A stretch of DNA of 64,000 nt from an uncultured virus (IMG/VR IMGVR_UViG_3300031281_000001) (Duplodnaviria; Heunggongvirae; Uroviricota; Caudoviricetes). Below the pieces are notes generated by a model. The model made no database searches, had not been told where the DNA came from, and was given only the letters and a program-made list of their open reading frames with translations. Made by a program: the position numbers and the translations under genes. The stretch is from the IMG/VR virus record IMGVR_UViG_3300031281_000001; one strand, written 5' to 3'. This document shows, piece after piece, positions 8,987 through 19,352 of this stretch. How positions within the stretch are numbered: the first letter of the stretch is position 1; each line of letters opens with the position of its first letter.

Positions 8987-9305
8987 GTTTTATGTATGGA
9001 AAAACACATTCGCCAAATGTACAATTGAGGCAGTACTTGAAAATGATCACGTATCATTTATCGAGCATTATAACGGACATGTGACTATACTACGGGAAGA
9101 ATTAGTACGATCACTCTTCCCAAAGGATACCCCAATTCGTGACCGTCCTTTTTTGATAAAAGACAACAAAGAATTTTATGCAATTCTAAATCGTAAAAAG
9201 GAAAAGTATAAACATATTTTCGAAAAAATAGTAGAAGAGACTAAACGTTCGAAAATAAACATTAAAAGAAAACCAAAAATGTACGAAAAAAATGACAGAA
9301 CATAA
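8934..9305 (+). CDS. Hypothetical protein
   Basis: ORF overlapping its neighbours; true start is probably near 8955. Confidence 0.55.
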   Translation: MVKYYKKMIILAVAKRNEFYVWKNTFAKCTIEAVLENDHVSFIEHYNGHVTILREELVRSLFPKDTPIRDRPFLIKDNKEFYAILNRKKEKYKHIFEKIVEETKRSKINIKRKPKMYEKNDRT

Positions 9306-10941
9306 AGTATATCCTAAAAAAATATTACGTACAGCATCTTTGGCAAGAAACATGAGGGATGATAGAGTTATCAAAATTAAATTCCCATTCAACCACGAAG
9401 ATGTTCATTTAATAAACTCTCTGCCAAATCATAATTACCATAAAAAACAACATTGCTGGTCGATTCCACTAAATTTATCAAATATAAAAACTCTTGCTGG
9501 TTGGGGTTTTATGATTGACGAAAAGTTAAAAGAATATGTGCGACAGCAGAATGCATTGGAAGCAGGACACATAAAAATTGACATTCCAGGGCTTCGTGGG
9601 GAACTATTGCCTTTTCAAATGATTGGTGTAAAATTTGCTGATGATCATAACGGGGCAATATTAAACGCTGATGATATGGGTCTGGGGAAAACCGTGCAAA
9701 CTATTGCATACTTACAACTACGAAAAAAGGAAAAACTACCTGCGCTCATTGTATGCCCCGCAACGATAAAACTTAATTGGAAAAAAGAAATCATAAAATG
9801 GATGTCACCCGTTCCAAAGGTTCAAGTATTGGAAGGGGAAACACCCCATAAAATTACGGGTGATATTGTTATTGTCAACTACGACATTTTACAATATTGG
9901 GTAAAGAAAATAAAGGCATATGGTTTTGCAATAATGGTGGCGGATGAAGCCCAGGCAATAAAAAATCCTCAAGCTATTCGAACTAAGTCAATTAGACAGA
10001 TCAAAAAAAGCATTCCAACTTTCATGGCATTAACTGGCACACCCGTTGAAAACCATCCAGGCGAATTATACAATGCAATAAGCATGATTAACCCTTCTTT
10101 GTTAAACGACTATTGGTCGTTTGCTTGGGAATATTGTGAACCGGTGCTTAATTATGGATGGAAAGTACAGGGGGCGAAAAAAGAAAATATTGGTAAACTT
10201 CATAAACTGTTGACGGATTCCGTAATGCTTCGTCGTTTAAAAACTGAGGTATTACCTGATCTTCCCCCAAAAATAAGATCGTTTTTACCTATGGAACTTT
10301 CAAACAAAACGGAATATCAAACAGCTGAACATGATTTTATTCGTTTTGTAAAGGAACAAAGAGGAGCTGCCGCCGCAAAAAGGGCATCCAATGCAAAAGC
10401 ACTCGCTGAAATAGAAGGTCTCAAACAAGTTGCTGTAAAAGGAAAATTACCAGCGATAATTAATTGGATTGAAGATTATTTGGAAACGGATCATAAACTT
10501 GTCGTTGTAGCAACTCATAAATTTGTCATAGATGAATTAATAAAAAAATTTCCAGATGTCTCATTAAAAATAGACGGTTCAATAAGTGCGATACAAAAAG
10601 AAAAAAACAAAGAACTTTTTCAGAACAATCCTACATACAAATTAATCTTTCTAAATTTGAAAGCGGGAGGAGTTGGTATAACGTTGACGGCAGCATCAAA
10701 TATGCTTATCACTGAACTTGGGTATACACCATCACAAATGGATCAAGTTGAAGATCGTGTTTATAGAATAGGAACGACACGAGGGGTCAACATCTATTAT
10801 GGACTGGCTGAGAACACAGTAGAGGAAAAAATTGCTGAAATAATCGACAAAAAAAGAAAAATAGCTGACGGTGTTGTTGATGGAAAAGAAACGGAAAACG
10901 AAAGTTTATTAACCGAATTGATGAAAATATATGCAAAATGA
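9292..10941 (+). CDS. SNF2-family (SMARCAL1/HARP-like) helicase
   Basis: ADDMGLGKT, DEAQ, LTGTP, GVGITLTAA and QVEDRVYRIG motifs. Confidence 0.92.
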   Translation: MTEHKVYPKKILRTASLARNMRDDRVIKIKFPFNHEDVHLINSLPNHNYHKKQHCWSIPLNLSNIKTLAGWGFMIDEKLKEYVRQQNALEAGHIKIDIPGLRGELLPFQMIGVKFADDHNGAILNADDMGLGKTVQTIAYLQLRKKEKLPALIVCPATIKLNWKKEIIKWMSPVPKVQVLEGETPHKITGDIVIVNYDILQYWVKKIKAYGFAIMVADEAQAIKNPQAIRTKSIRQIKKSIPTFMALTGTPVENHPGELYNAISMINPSLLNDYWSFAWEYCEPVLNYGWKVQGAKKENIGKLHKLLTDSVMLRRLKTEVLPDLPPKIRSFLPMELSNKTEYQTAEHDFIRFVKEQRGAAAAKRASNAKALAEIEGLKQVAVKGKLPAIINWIEDYLETDHKLVVVATHKFVIDELIKKFPDVSLKIDGSISAIQKEKNKELFQNNPTYKLIFLNLKAGGVGITLTAASNMLITELGYTPSQMDQVEDRVYRIGTTRGVNIYYGLAENTVEEKIAEIIDKKRKIADGVVDGKETENESLLTELMKIYAK

Positions 10942-11231
10942 AACTTTTAATATGTTTAGAATGTGGGGATATTTTCTCTTTAAATAGAAAACTTAAAATT
11001 TGTTCATGTGGAAAAACACAAGGACAATATATTGATAACCTAAATGTCGAAATAAAAGGGAATTGCAAGGCGATCGGATTTGCAAACGATTCTTTTAAGA
11101 AAGCATATCAACTTCAAAAAATAGAAGATGATGCGCAAACTACAATTAATAAACCTGTTTGTTGTGAAGGAAAAAACTTTGAGGCTTTTTTTATTCCTGA
11201 ATCGGCAACAAGTATCAAGCGGGTGAATTAA
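10938..11231 (+). CDS. Hypothetical Cys-rich protein
   Basis: CLECGD...CSCG. Confidence 0.65.
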   Translation: MKLLICLECGDIFSLNRKLKICSCGKTQGQYIDNLNVEIKGNCKAIGFANDSFKKAYQLQKIEDDAQTTINKPVCCEGKNFEAFFIPESATSIKRVN

Positions 11232-11260
11232 TACTAACAAATTAATGGGGGTTTTGTATT

Positions 11261-11665
11261 ATGTACATATCAAAGAAAAATAGGGAAATAGTCAAAAATA
11301 TGTTTAATGGTAAATGTGCCTATACGGGCACAGATTTGCTTGCAGATTGGCAGGTTGATCACATAAAACCGATTAAAAGGAATTGGCAGTTAAACAATTC
11401 AGCAATGTTTGAAGAAAATCATAATTTGCAAAACATGCTTCCAACACAAAGAATCATAAACCATTATAAACACTCAATGGATTTGGAGTTGTTTAGAAAT
11501 TTTATGATGTACTTTCATATTAGACTTTCTAAACTGCCTAAAAATCCAAAGGTCGAAAAATCAATAAAACGAAAGGCGTATATGTTAGAAATCGCAAGGC
11601 TTTTCGATATAACAGCAGATAAACCATTCTCAGGAAAGTTTTGGTTTGAAAAAAACAAATATTAA
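11261..11665 (+). CDS. HNH endonuclease-like protein
   Basis: GKCAYTG...WQVDHIKP...N.LP...IN.YK. Confidence 0.8.
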   Translation: MYISKKNREIVKNMFNGKCAYTGTDLLADWQVDHIKPIKRNWQLNNSAMFEENHNLQNMLPTQRIINHYKHSMDLELFRNFMMYFHIRLSKLPKNPKVEKSIKRKAYMLEIARLFDITADKPFSGKFWFEKNKY

Positions 11666-11723
11666 ATTTTTAAAATAAACTTGATATAAAACAGAAAATT
11701 AACATTTTAACACAATTTAAGCA

Positions 11724-12110
11724 ATGGATATTTTAAATAATACAGTATTAGAAAAAGCAACCAAAAAACCAGAAATGGAAATGGTAGAGCGTGAAAAGCA
11801 TGAATATAAACTTATAGGTACTTACATGAGGCGTAAAGGACTTAAATTGTATTCATATAATTCTATAAAAAACGAATTAAAAGAAGTGCATGTACTCACT
11901 AAAGACACTTTGCAAATTGTACCAGATGAAAACGGGAAGTTAACTGCTATTGATACTGGGTATGAGAAAGCTTATGTTGATAGTAGGAATATTTATTTTG
12001 AAGCATTGAATTTAAAGAATGCACAAAAAAGACTTGCTAAATTTAAAAAAGGTGAAATAAAAGAATTATGCAATTTAAAAGAACCTGGCAATAGGATCAA
12101 TTTTTGGTGA
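11724..12110 (+). CDS. Hypothetical protein
   Basis: ORF in the operon. Confidence 0.65.
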   Translation: MDILNNTVLEKATKKPEMEMVEREKHEYKLIGTYMRRKGLKLYSYNSIKNELKEVHVLTKDTLQIVPDENGKLTAIDTGYEKAYVDSRNIYFEALNLKNAQKRLAKFKKGEIKELCNLKEPGNRINFW

Positions 12111-12185
12111 ACATGGGCAAAATTGTTGGAGTAAACCTCCTTAAATAAGGCTTAAGTGGCGTGGAATGATTAAAAAACTATAAAT

Positions 12186-12422
12186 ATGCATAAAAATAGA
12201 GAATCAATTGACAAACAACAAGAAGCTCAAGTTATAAAAATAGAGCTTGAAGGTGAAATTACGTTTACCGCTACAACGGTAGAAGACAAAAGAAAACTGA
12301 TTGAATTGAGAAAACTAATTTCAGAGGCCAAAAAACCTGATTATACCACAATCAAAATTAATAGTGGAGTTACATCCGAAGGTGATTTAAAAATGAATAT
12401 ACGTGGAATTGAAAATGATTAA
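12186..12422 (+). CDS. Hypothetical protein
   Basis: ORF in the operon. Confidence 0.55.
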   Translation: MHKNRESIDKQQEAQVIKIELEGEITFTATTVEDKRKLIELRKLISEAKKPDYTTIKINSGVTSEGDLKMNIRGIEND

Positions 12423-12424
12423 AA

Positions 12425-12643
12425 ATGAAACAACCGAAAGTAAAATTACTTTTAAAAAGTAATTCAGATGAACTAATTTGTAAAATAACTTCTGTTCACT
12501 GGTACTCAAATAAAATATGGAAAATAGGAGTTGATTATTGGTTTGATGGTAATGAATCTCTGATACTTATTGATGAACAATTCAATGGTGTATTTGTAAA
12601 TCAATACAAAAATATCATTGGAACTTTAATTGAAAATGATTAA
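12425..12643 (+). CDS. Hypothetical protein
   Basis: ORF in the operon. Confidence 0.55.
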   Translation: MKQPKVKLLLKSNSDELICKITSVHWYSNKIWKIGVDYWFDGNESLILIDEQFNGVFVNQYKNIIGTLIEND

Positions 12644-12645
12644 TT

Positions 12646-13587
12646 ATGGACTTTGTACAATTATGTGAAGATTTTGGGGTTCCATACTATACAGAAGGCT
12701 GGAAGTATTGTCGTCATGGTTGGATAAACGTTGAATGCCCTTTTTGCTCAGATAAAACCAGCGAAGGCCCGCATCTTGGTTTTGAAGTACAAAATCCTCA
12801 CTTCCATTGTTGGGCTTGTGGGTTTCATCCCATAAACGAAACTATTTCGCTAATACTTAATGTGAATTATATACAAGCGAACGAAATCATTAAGCAATAT
12901 GGTGGGGAAACAAGTACTACAAAATATAAAATATGTGCAAAATTCGGCACAAAGCCACATAAACTCCCATCTAATACAGAACCATTACGAAACATACACA
13001 AAAAATATCTGGAAAGCAGAGGATTTGACGCTGAAAAATTAGAGCGTGAGTGGTTCCTAGTAGGAACAGGCCCTGTTTCTCTATTGAAAGAAAGTTCAGA
13101 TAAACTTATTGATTATCGCTTTCGAATCATTATTCCTTATATTTGGAATGGGGGGCAAGTTTCATTTGATGCAAGGGATATAACTGGGCATGCTATGCAC
13201 AAGTATCAAGCCTGTCCAAAAAGCCGTGAAATAATTCCCCACAAGGATATTCTCTATGGTAGACAGGACAAATGGACAACTACGGGGATTTGTGTAGAAG
13301 GAACAACGGACGTTTGGCGAATGGGCGTAAACGCATTCGCAACGAGTGGAATCGCTTTTACCACAAAACAAGTCCATCAAATAGCAAAGCATTTTAAACG
13401 TGTAGCTGTAATGTTTGATGGGCCGAGTAATACAAGCAATGAACAAAAAGCAGAGGAACAAGCTCAATTATTAATATCAAAATTACGTTTTGCCCGTGTA
13501 GATGCTTTTCGTATACGAATAAAAGATGATCCGGCAAAGTTGCCTCAAAGTGAAGCTGACTATATAGTAAAACAAATTTTAAAATAA
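12646..13587 (+). CDS. DNA primase (Zn finger plus TOPRIM)
   Basis: CPFC...HLG...CWACG, RIIIP, VEGTTD, MFD and KDDPA. Confidence 0.85.
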   Translation: MDFVQLCEDFGVPYYTEGWKYCRHGWINVECPFCSDKTSEGPHLGFEVQNPHFHCWACGFHPINETISLILNVNYIQANEIIKQYGGETSTTKYKICAKFGTKPHKLPSNTEPLRNIHKKYLESRGFDAEKLEREWFLVGTGPVSLLKESSDKLIDYRFRIIIPYIWNGGQVSFDARDITGHAMHKYQACPKSREIIPHKDILYGRQDKWTTTGICVEGTTDVWRMGVNAFATSGIAFTTKQVHQIAKHFKRVAVMFDGPSNTSNEQKAEEQAQLLISKLRFARVDAFRIRIKDDPAKLPQSEADYIVKQILK

Positions 13588-13648
13588 AAAAAATTTATTA
13601 ACTTGTACCTTATGTAGAAAAACAAATGTCTAATTAAAATTTAAAGTC

Positions 13649-14146
13649 ATGAAAAAAATTTTATTGTCTCTACCATTAATGTGGTTGTGTTTGAGTGCTT
13701 TTTCACCAACAAACATGAGACCAAAAACTGAAACAATAGAGGTATATAAAAGACATCAAAAAGAAATTGAAAAACAAAAACACATAAAAAAAATTATCCT
13801 TACTTTTTCCTTTATAGAAAGTAGAGGAAAATATTCAGCAAAAGGGGCATCGGGGGAATACGGAAAATATCAAATACTTCCAAATACTTGGAAAGGATTG
13901 AGTTTACTTTATTTCAATAAAATACTGGTTTGTAATCCTGAAAACCAAGAATTAGTAATGAATGCAGTAATAACAGATTGGGTTGAAAAAGGTTTTACAA
14001 TAACACAAATAGCTGCTAAATGGAATTGTGGAACGCATATTGGATGGGAAAATAAAATAGGAATCAATTATCGTGGAGTTCCGTATAATGTTCCTAAATA
14101 TGTAAAAAAATTCACGACAACGTACCATTCAATATCATTTAAATAG
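13649..14146 (+). CDS. Lysozyme-like / lytic transglycosylase with an N-terminal signal
   Basis: IESRG..A.GASGEYGKYQILPNTW...NQE...A.KWN.G and a hydrophobic N-terminus. Confidence 0.75.
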   Translation: MKKILLSLPLMWLCLSAFSPTNMRPKTETIEVYKRHQKEIEKQKHIKKIILTFSFIESRGKYSAKGASGEYGKYQILPNTWKGLSLLYFNKILVCNPENQELVMNAVITDWVEKGFTITQIAAKWNCGTHIGWENKIGINYRGVPYNVPKYVKKFTTTYHSISFK

Positions 14147-14185
14147 ACGCTCCGTCTTTCAGGGGAAAACAATTTAATTTTAATT

Positions 14186-14488
14186 ATGAGCACAAACAAT
14201 ATACAAAGAAAAGATAGATTAAAATTATACAAAAAAGCTTTGTTTGATTATAGACTATCTTTGTTTTTAGAAAGAATAAAATTATTAAAATTATTCCCAA
14301 AGATAGATATTAAAACAAAAAGGGGGTTTTGTCTTTATTTTTTATCACATGGCATTCCTTTAAGTAACTTACCAGAACTTTATGCGCAAAGAACAAAACA
14401 TCCTGTTGGGCTTTGGTTTCTAGTTGGTGAAAAGAAGCGAAGGATAATTTGTTTAAAAAAAGCAATTATCATAACTAAAGCTAAATAG
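14186..14488 (+). CDS. Hypothetical protein
   Basis: ORF in the operon. Confidence 0.55.
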   Translation: MSTNNIQRKDRLKLYKKALFDYRLSLFLERIKLLKLFPKIDIKTKRGFCLYFLSHGIPLSNLPELYAQRTKHPVGLWFLVGEKKRRIICLKKAIIITKAK

Positions 14489-14645
14489 ATTATGAAAAAA
14501 GTAGAAATTACTCTAAATTTCCTCACGAATGAAGAAACCGAAGAAAGAATAAAAAAAATGTTCATTGATTCAGAATTATCTATGAAATTGCCGAAAGGTT
14601 TCGACCCCCCAAAACCATTGTCAGTCGACTTTAAAATTAAACGCT

Positions 14646-14903
14646 ATGTTAAGAAAAGATAAGTATGTAGGGCGAAAAATAAAAATGGTAAACCCGTTAA
14701 TAACGAATGGAATATATCAAAATTTAACACTCAATTCCGTACACGTTATAATAGCAGCTCCTGGAATAACACCAAATAGTGAGAAAGGGGTTTGGGTAAA
14801 AGGATATAGAGAACATGCATATGTTGAAACTAAAGAATTTGTTTTTGTAGATATAAACAAAAAGATACTCTTCAAAAGAAATGTTCAACAAAATAGTAAA
14901 TAA
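14646..14903 (+). CDS. Hypothetical protein
   Basis: ORF in the operon. Confidence 0.55.
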   Translation: MLRKDKYVGRKIKMVNPLITNGIYQNLTLNSVHVIIAAPGITPNSEKGVWVKGYREHAYVETKEFVFVDINKKILFKRNVQQNSK

Positions 14904-14993
14904 TTAATTAAACAATGTTTACCGATTAAAATAAATATTTTGGCTAATTGTCTTTAAAATTTAATAGAATATTAATTAAAAACTAAATAAATA

Positions 14994-15419
14994 ATGAAAA
15001 CATTACAGCAAGTAAAAGAAATGTACAAATCACAAACTATTGATGGTAGAGATTTGTCAAGATTAATGCAATTTATTCCAGAAGTAGAACTTAAAGATTT
15101 TGGATTAAAACTAAAAGATGATTATGTTGGAAAACATAAACACATTGAATTTACAAAAGAAAACATTTTAATCCAATTAAAAAAAGATGTTGCTTTTGGG
15201 TTTGAAAAAGCTCTTGATCAAAGAGGTATTTCGGCTGGATTAATGGCGAGTGTAGTTCAAATGTGGAATTGGATTTTAGAAGAAGGATTGGAAGAATTTG
15301 ATGAATATCCAATGTACGGACTTCCAATATTTAAGGCAACTGCAATAAAATATGGATTTAAAAATCCTATTGGGGAAGATTATGGAAATGAAAGTAGTTA
15401 TAACGTTTTTGACTATTGA
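14994..15419 (+). CDS. Hypothetical phage protein
   Basis: 141-aa ORF with typical composition. Confidence 0.7.
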   Translation: MKTLQQVKEMYKSQTIDGRDLSRLMQFIPEVELKDFGLKLKDDYVGKHKHIEFTKENILIQLKKDVAFGFEKALDQRGISAGLMASVVQMWNWILEEGLEEFDEYPMYGLPIFKATAIKYGFKNPIGEDYGNESSYNVFDY

Positions 15420-15496
15420 CTATTGACTGGGCAAATTTATTATAGTGGATGCCATATCTTTTATTAATCGAATTTTAAACTTTAAATATCAAAGCA

Positions 15497-15853
15497 ATGG
15501 AGCAGAAAATTGATGAATTTAAAAAGTTTGTAGTAAAATTATTTACTACGGCATATGCTGCATGGAAAAGTGAACAGTTAGTTTGTGATTGTTGTAAATG
15601 TCAAAAATGTGGGCATAAATACAAATTGGATTTGATAATACCAGATGAAATTTGGCGTAAAATTACCCCTTCAAAAAATAATGAAGGTGGATTACTTTGT
15701 CCAATTTGTATTATAACCGAAATTGAAAAAATATATGGATATTCTATGTTTAAATTGAGCGAGGGTAACCAAGAATTACTTAAAATATCAACTAAAAATT
15801 ATGGAGAAGATGGTATTGGATTATCAAGTGAAGAAATTAGCAAGTTGTTGTAA
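15497..15853 (+). CDS. Hypothetical Zn-binding protein
   Basis: CQKCG...LLCPIC. Confidence 0.65.
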   Translation: MEQKIDEFKKFVVKLFTTAYAAWKSEQLVCDCCKCQKCGHKYKLDLIIPDEIWRKITPSKNNEGGLLCPICIITEIEKIYGYSMFKLSEGNQELLKISTKNYGEDGIGLSSEEISKLL

Positions 15854-16013
15854 ACGTGATATGAATACAATAATTAACAGGGTTAGGGCTTCTGGCATGA
15901 CCCCATCACAATATCTTAAAAGCATGATGTAATCCTTCGATACAAAGTTAATTAGCAGCACAAATGGCCAAGTAACCGTTCGGTTTTTTATTAACTAATT
16001 AAAATACAATAAT

Positions 16014-16331
16014 ATGGAATTACAAGTAGGTGACAGAATTTATCAAGAAAATTACAACAAAATATCAGGTGTATTTACGGTTGAAAGAGTAACAAAAACA
16101 CTTGCTATTTGTGACAAAGGAGTAAAATTCAAACGTGAATATTCGAAAGATTCATGGATAAATCCAGCTGGAGATACTGGAAAATGGAATACAAAACATT
16201 ACCAATTAGAAACATATGAATTGAAAGAAAAACTTTATAAACAAGTTTCAATTTCAAAAATCAGAGATTACAAATTGGAAGATTTATCAACTGAGCAAAT
16301 ACGCTCGATAATGGCTGTCTTGCACATATAA
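16014..16331 (+). CDS. Hypothetical protein
   Basis: 105-aa ORF. Confidence 0.65.
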   Translation: MELQVGDRIYQENYNKISGVFTVERVTKTLAICDKGVKFKREYSKDSWINPAGDTGKWNTKHYQLETYELKEKLYKQVSISKIRDYKLEDLSTEQIRSIMAVLHI

Positions 16332-16446
16332 CAATGATTGCTAAGTTTGGAATATTTTTAAAATAATACGACGTAAATGAAATATTAAGACAACTATATT
16401 TTTGAAGTCTGATAAAAATTAACAACAATATTATTAAATTTAATTT

Positions 16447-16668
16447 ATGAAAGAAGATATGATAAGAAATGCTCGTCCAACATCGTCAGTAAAATCAGAT
16501 GGGATAAGAACCAGAATGATTAGAAATGCAATGGCTCATAATAAGTTTTTAACTTGTAAATTTCTCTGTCTTAAAAGTACAGAAGAACTTATTTGCTTCT
16601 GCCATCCTGATGACCGTGCAAAATTTGAAATAGAACTAGGGTTGAAAAAAACAAATAAATTATTGTAA
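16447..16668 (+). CDS. Hypothetical protein
   Basis: ORF in the operon. Confidence 0.55.
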   Translation: MKEDMIRNARPTSSVKSDGIRTRMIRNAMAHNKFLTCKFLCLKSTEELICFCHPDDRAKFEIELGLKKTNKLL

Positions 16669-16690
16669 ATTAACAAATAAAAAAAGATAT

Positions 16691-16722
16691 TTGCTTTTCA
16701 ATAAATAATTTGTTATGTTTAC
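16691..16722 (+). promoter_or_regulatory. Bacteroidota-type promoter for the replication genes
   Basis: TTG-N20-TATGTTTAC. Confidence 0.6.
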
Positions 16723-16743
16723 ACAACATTAAATAAAAAACTC

Positions 16744-16840
16744 TTGTTGAGTGGTCGCAACAAATGATATAATGTTTATGTTAAACATAACCTGATAGCA
16801 AGTAAAGGAACGACCACCCCCGAAAGCTATCAGGTTTTTT
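16744..16840 (+). ncRNA. Putative cis-regulatory leader RNA (kissing-loop attenuator)
   Basis: Hairpin TTGTTG-agtggtcg-CAACAA, then a terminator-like stem AACCTGATAGC/GCTATCAGGTT plus T run whose loop contains CGACCAC, complementary to GTGGTCG. Confidence 0.55.
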
Positions 16841-16853
16841 AATCCTACCGAAC

Positions 16854-17708
16854 ATGAAAGATACTAAACAAGAAAAACACGTACTTTTAGCCAATCCTTA
16901 TGACGAACCAATGGTAATATCTAACCAATTGGTTGATAGCCTAAGAAAAGAAGAAAAACATGAGGATTTGTTAGCTCTATATACTTTCTATTATGGAATG
17001 ACTAAAAAGCAACAAACAACTCAAATTTGGGCTACTACATCTTTTGCAGCAAAAGGAATGAAGTGGACAGAAGAAAGAGTGAGGAAAACGAAAAGAAAAT
17101 TAAAAGAATTATGGCTCATTGAAGACTTACAAGGCAAGAAAGAAGATGGGTCATTTGGAAAAAGGTATATTCGAGTTTTTTATCGTATTGATACCCAGCG
17201 TACCTCGGATTCACCGTACTACGGTGAAAACCGTACTACGGTAGAGCATGAACTGAAATGCTTGAATACAGAAAATAAGATAAATGCTTTTAAAATAAAG
17301 AGAAGAAATGCTTCATCTTCGTTTTCGAATGGATTTATTACCCAAGAAATGTTTGAGGACTTTTGGAAACTTTATCCAAGAAAAGGGCCTAAAGGAAAAG
17401 CCAAAAAAAAATGGATCGAACTATGTACCCAAAAAACTAAAGAAAGTATTCGTCCAAAATGGACGGAAATAAAAGATGCAATAAAAGCTCAAATTAAAAG
17501 TGAACAATGGCAGGAGGAACAATACATACCATTAGCAGCAACATGGTTGCATCAGACACGTTGGATAGATGATCCAAATGAATTGGTATCATATTCTAAA
17601 CGTGATGAAAGAAAAGAAAAATCATTTGTATCAAGTTATGATGAAGATATCGAAATTCCAGAAAAGTTCAGAAAAATACATGAGTATAATGAAAGAAATA
17701 GAAGATAG
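16854..17708 (+). CDS. Putative replication initiator / replisome organiser
   Basis: HTH-like N-terminus; FEDFWKLYPRK..K.KA...W and YIPLAATWL..RW.D C-terminal domain; upstream of dnaB. Confidence 0.75.
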   Translation: MKDTKQEKHVLLANPYDEPMVISNQLVDSLRKEEKHEDLLALYTFYYGMTKKQQTTQIWATTSFAAKGMKWTEERVRKTKRKLKELWLIEDLQGKKEDGSFGKRYIRVFYRIDTQRTSDSPYYGENRTTVEHELKCLNTENKINAFKIKRRNASSSFSNGFITQEMFEDFWKLYPRKGPKGKAKKKWIELCTQKTKESIRPKWTEIKDAIKAQIKSEQWQEEQYIPLAATWLHQTRWIDDPNELVSYSKRDERKEKSFVSSYDEDIEIPEKFRKIHEYNERNRR

Positions 17709-17710
17709 AT

Positions 17711-19276
17711 ATGAATGAAGATTTTGAAGAAAGAAAGATCATTATAGGTCTTGTAATGTCTACCGAATTTATCCAACGAATAAAGAACTTTTGGTCTATT
17801 CGTCTGATTGAAACGCCGGAAGCAAAACGGATTGCAATGTGGTGCATAGAATACTATGATAAATACAATGAAGCCCCAAAAAAAGAAATAGAAACAATAT
17901 ATTTTTCCAAAAAGAAAAAAGGGCTGCCCGAGGATGTTTGTGAATTGTTCGAAGATGTTTTGCTTCCAGGTTTGTCAGAGGAGTTCGTGGAAGATGGGGG
18001 CATCAATGTGGATTATCTTGTTGACGTTGCACGAAAATACTTTGGTAGGCGAAACCTTCAAACGCACATAGAAAAGTTAATGTCGCTTTTAGAAAAGGGA
18101 AATGTAACGGAAGCTGAAAAAGAAGCTAATTCTTACATGAAATTAGCCGAAGAGTCCAATCCGTGGATAGACCTTTCACATGAAAGCATATTTGACGTTA
18201 TACATCGTGCCTTTAACCGTACCAAGAAATGTTTGATTCCATTCGAGGGGGCAATAGGTGAATTTTGGAACAAACAACTATACAGGGGGGCGTTTGTTGC
18301 ATTGATGGGGCCTGAGAAACGAGGAAAGTCCTATTGGCTATTAGAATTTGCAATGCGTGCCCGAAGAAATAAAAAGAAAGTAGCATTGTTTCAAGCAGGG
18401 GACATGGATGATGAGGATCAGATAATGCGCATAGCCAATTATTTAACTCATAAATCAGAAGACGAAGACAATTCAGGAAAAATATACGAACCCACACTTG
18501 ATTGTATTTTAAATCAAACGGACTTTTGTGACAAAAGAGAACGAACGTGTGATCGTGGTATATTTAATCACAAAATAAAAAATGAAAAAGAAGCAATTAA
18601 GTTAAGAAAAACAATAGCATATCAGGAATTGATCGACGTAAGAAAAACAGCAAAAGGATATAAAACGTGTACAAATTGTGAAATGTTTAAAAAGAGTAAA
18701 TTTGGCACACCGTGGATAAGAAAAACGGATGTAGGCCCACCATTAACGGAAGAGGAAGCAAAAGAAGCATACGACGAATTTTTCGTTCAGTCTAAACGAT
18801 CCTTTCGCATTTCTACACATGCCAATGGAACACTTACGGTAAAAGAAATTGAAAATGTTCTTGGTATTTGGGAACGTGAAGGTTTTATTTCTGATGTAAT
18901 TATAATAGACTATGCAGATCTGTTGACAGAAGATTCACAAAAGGAAGAAAGACATCGTCAAAATAAAGTTTGGAAAGATCTCCGTGGCCTTTCACAAAAG
19001 AAACATGCGTTAATAATAACGGCTACGCAAACAGATGCTGCATCATATTCCAATGATCTTTTAACATTAGACAACTATTCAGAAGACAAACGTAAGTATG
19101 GACATGTAACGGCAATGTATGGATTGAACCAAGATCCATCTGGCAGGGAAAAAGAACTGGGTGTGATGCGCATCAATGAAATAATGTTGCGAAAGGGTAA
19201 ATTTAGCCTGAAGAATCAAGTACATGTTTTGCAAAATCTAACACGTGGAATCCCTTGCCTCACAAGCTATTATTAA
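17711..19276 (+). CDS. DnaB-like replicative helicase
   Basis: Walker A GPEKRGKS, IIIDYADLL and ITATQ. Confidence 0.85.
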   Translation: MNEDFEERKIIIGLVMSTEFIQRIKNFWSIRLIETPEAKRIAMWCIEYYDKYNEAPKKEIETIYFSKKKKGLPEDVCELFEDVLLPGLSEEFVEDGGINVDYLVDVARKYFGRRNLQTHIEKLMSLLEKGNVTEAEKEANSYMKLAEESNPWIDLSHESIFDVIHRAFNRTKKCLIPFEGAIGEFWNKQLYRGAFVALMGPEKRGKSYWLLEFAMRARRNKKKVALFQAGDMDDEDQIMRIANYLTHKSEDEDNSGKIYEPTLDCILNQTDFCDKRERTCDRGIFNHKIKNEKEAIKLRKTIAYQELIDVRKTAKGYKTCTNCEMFKKSKFGTPWIRKTDVGPPLTEEEAKEAYDEFFVQSKRSFRISTHANGTLTVKEIENVLGIWEREGFISDVIIIDYADLLTEDSQKEERHRQNKVWKDLRGLSQKKHALIITATQTDAASYSNDLLTLDNYSEDKRKYGHVTAMYGLNQDPSGREKELGVMRINEIMLRKGKFSLKNQVHVLQNLTRGIPCLTSYY

Positions 19277-19352
19277 AGTCATATTAAATACAAATAAAAT
19301 TATACTAATACGGCAATTAACTATACCACGTGTTATAAAACGTTTTTGAGCG

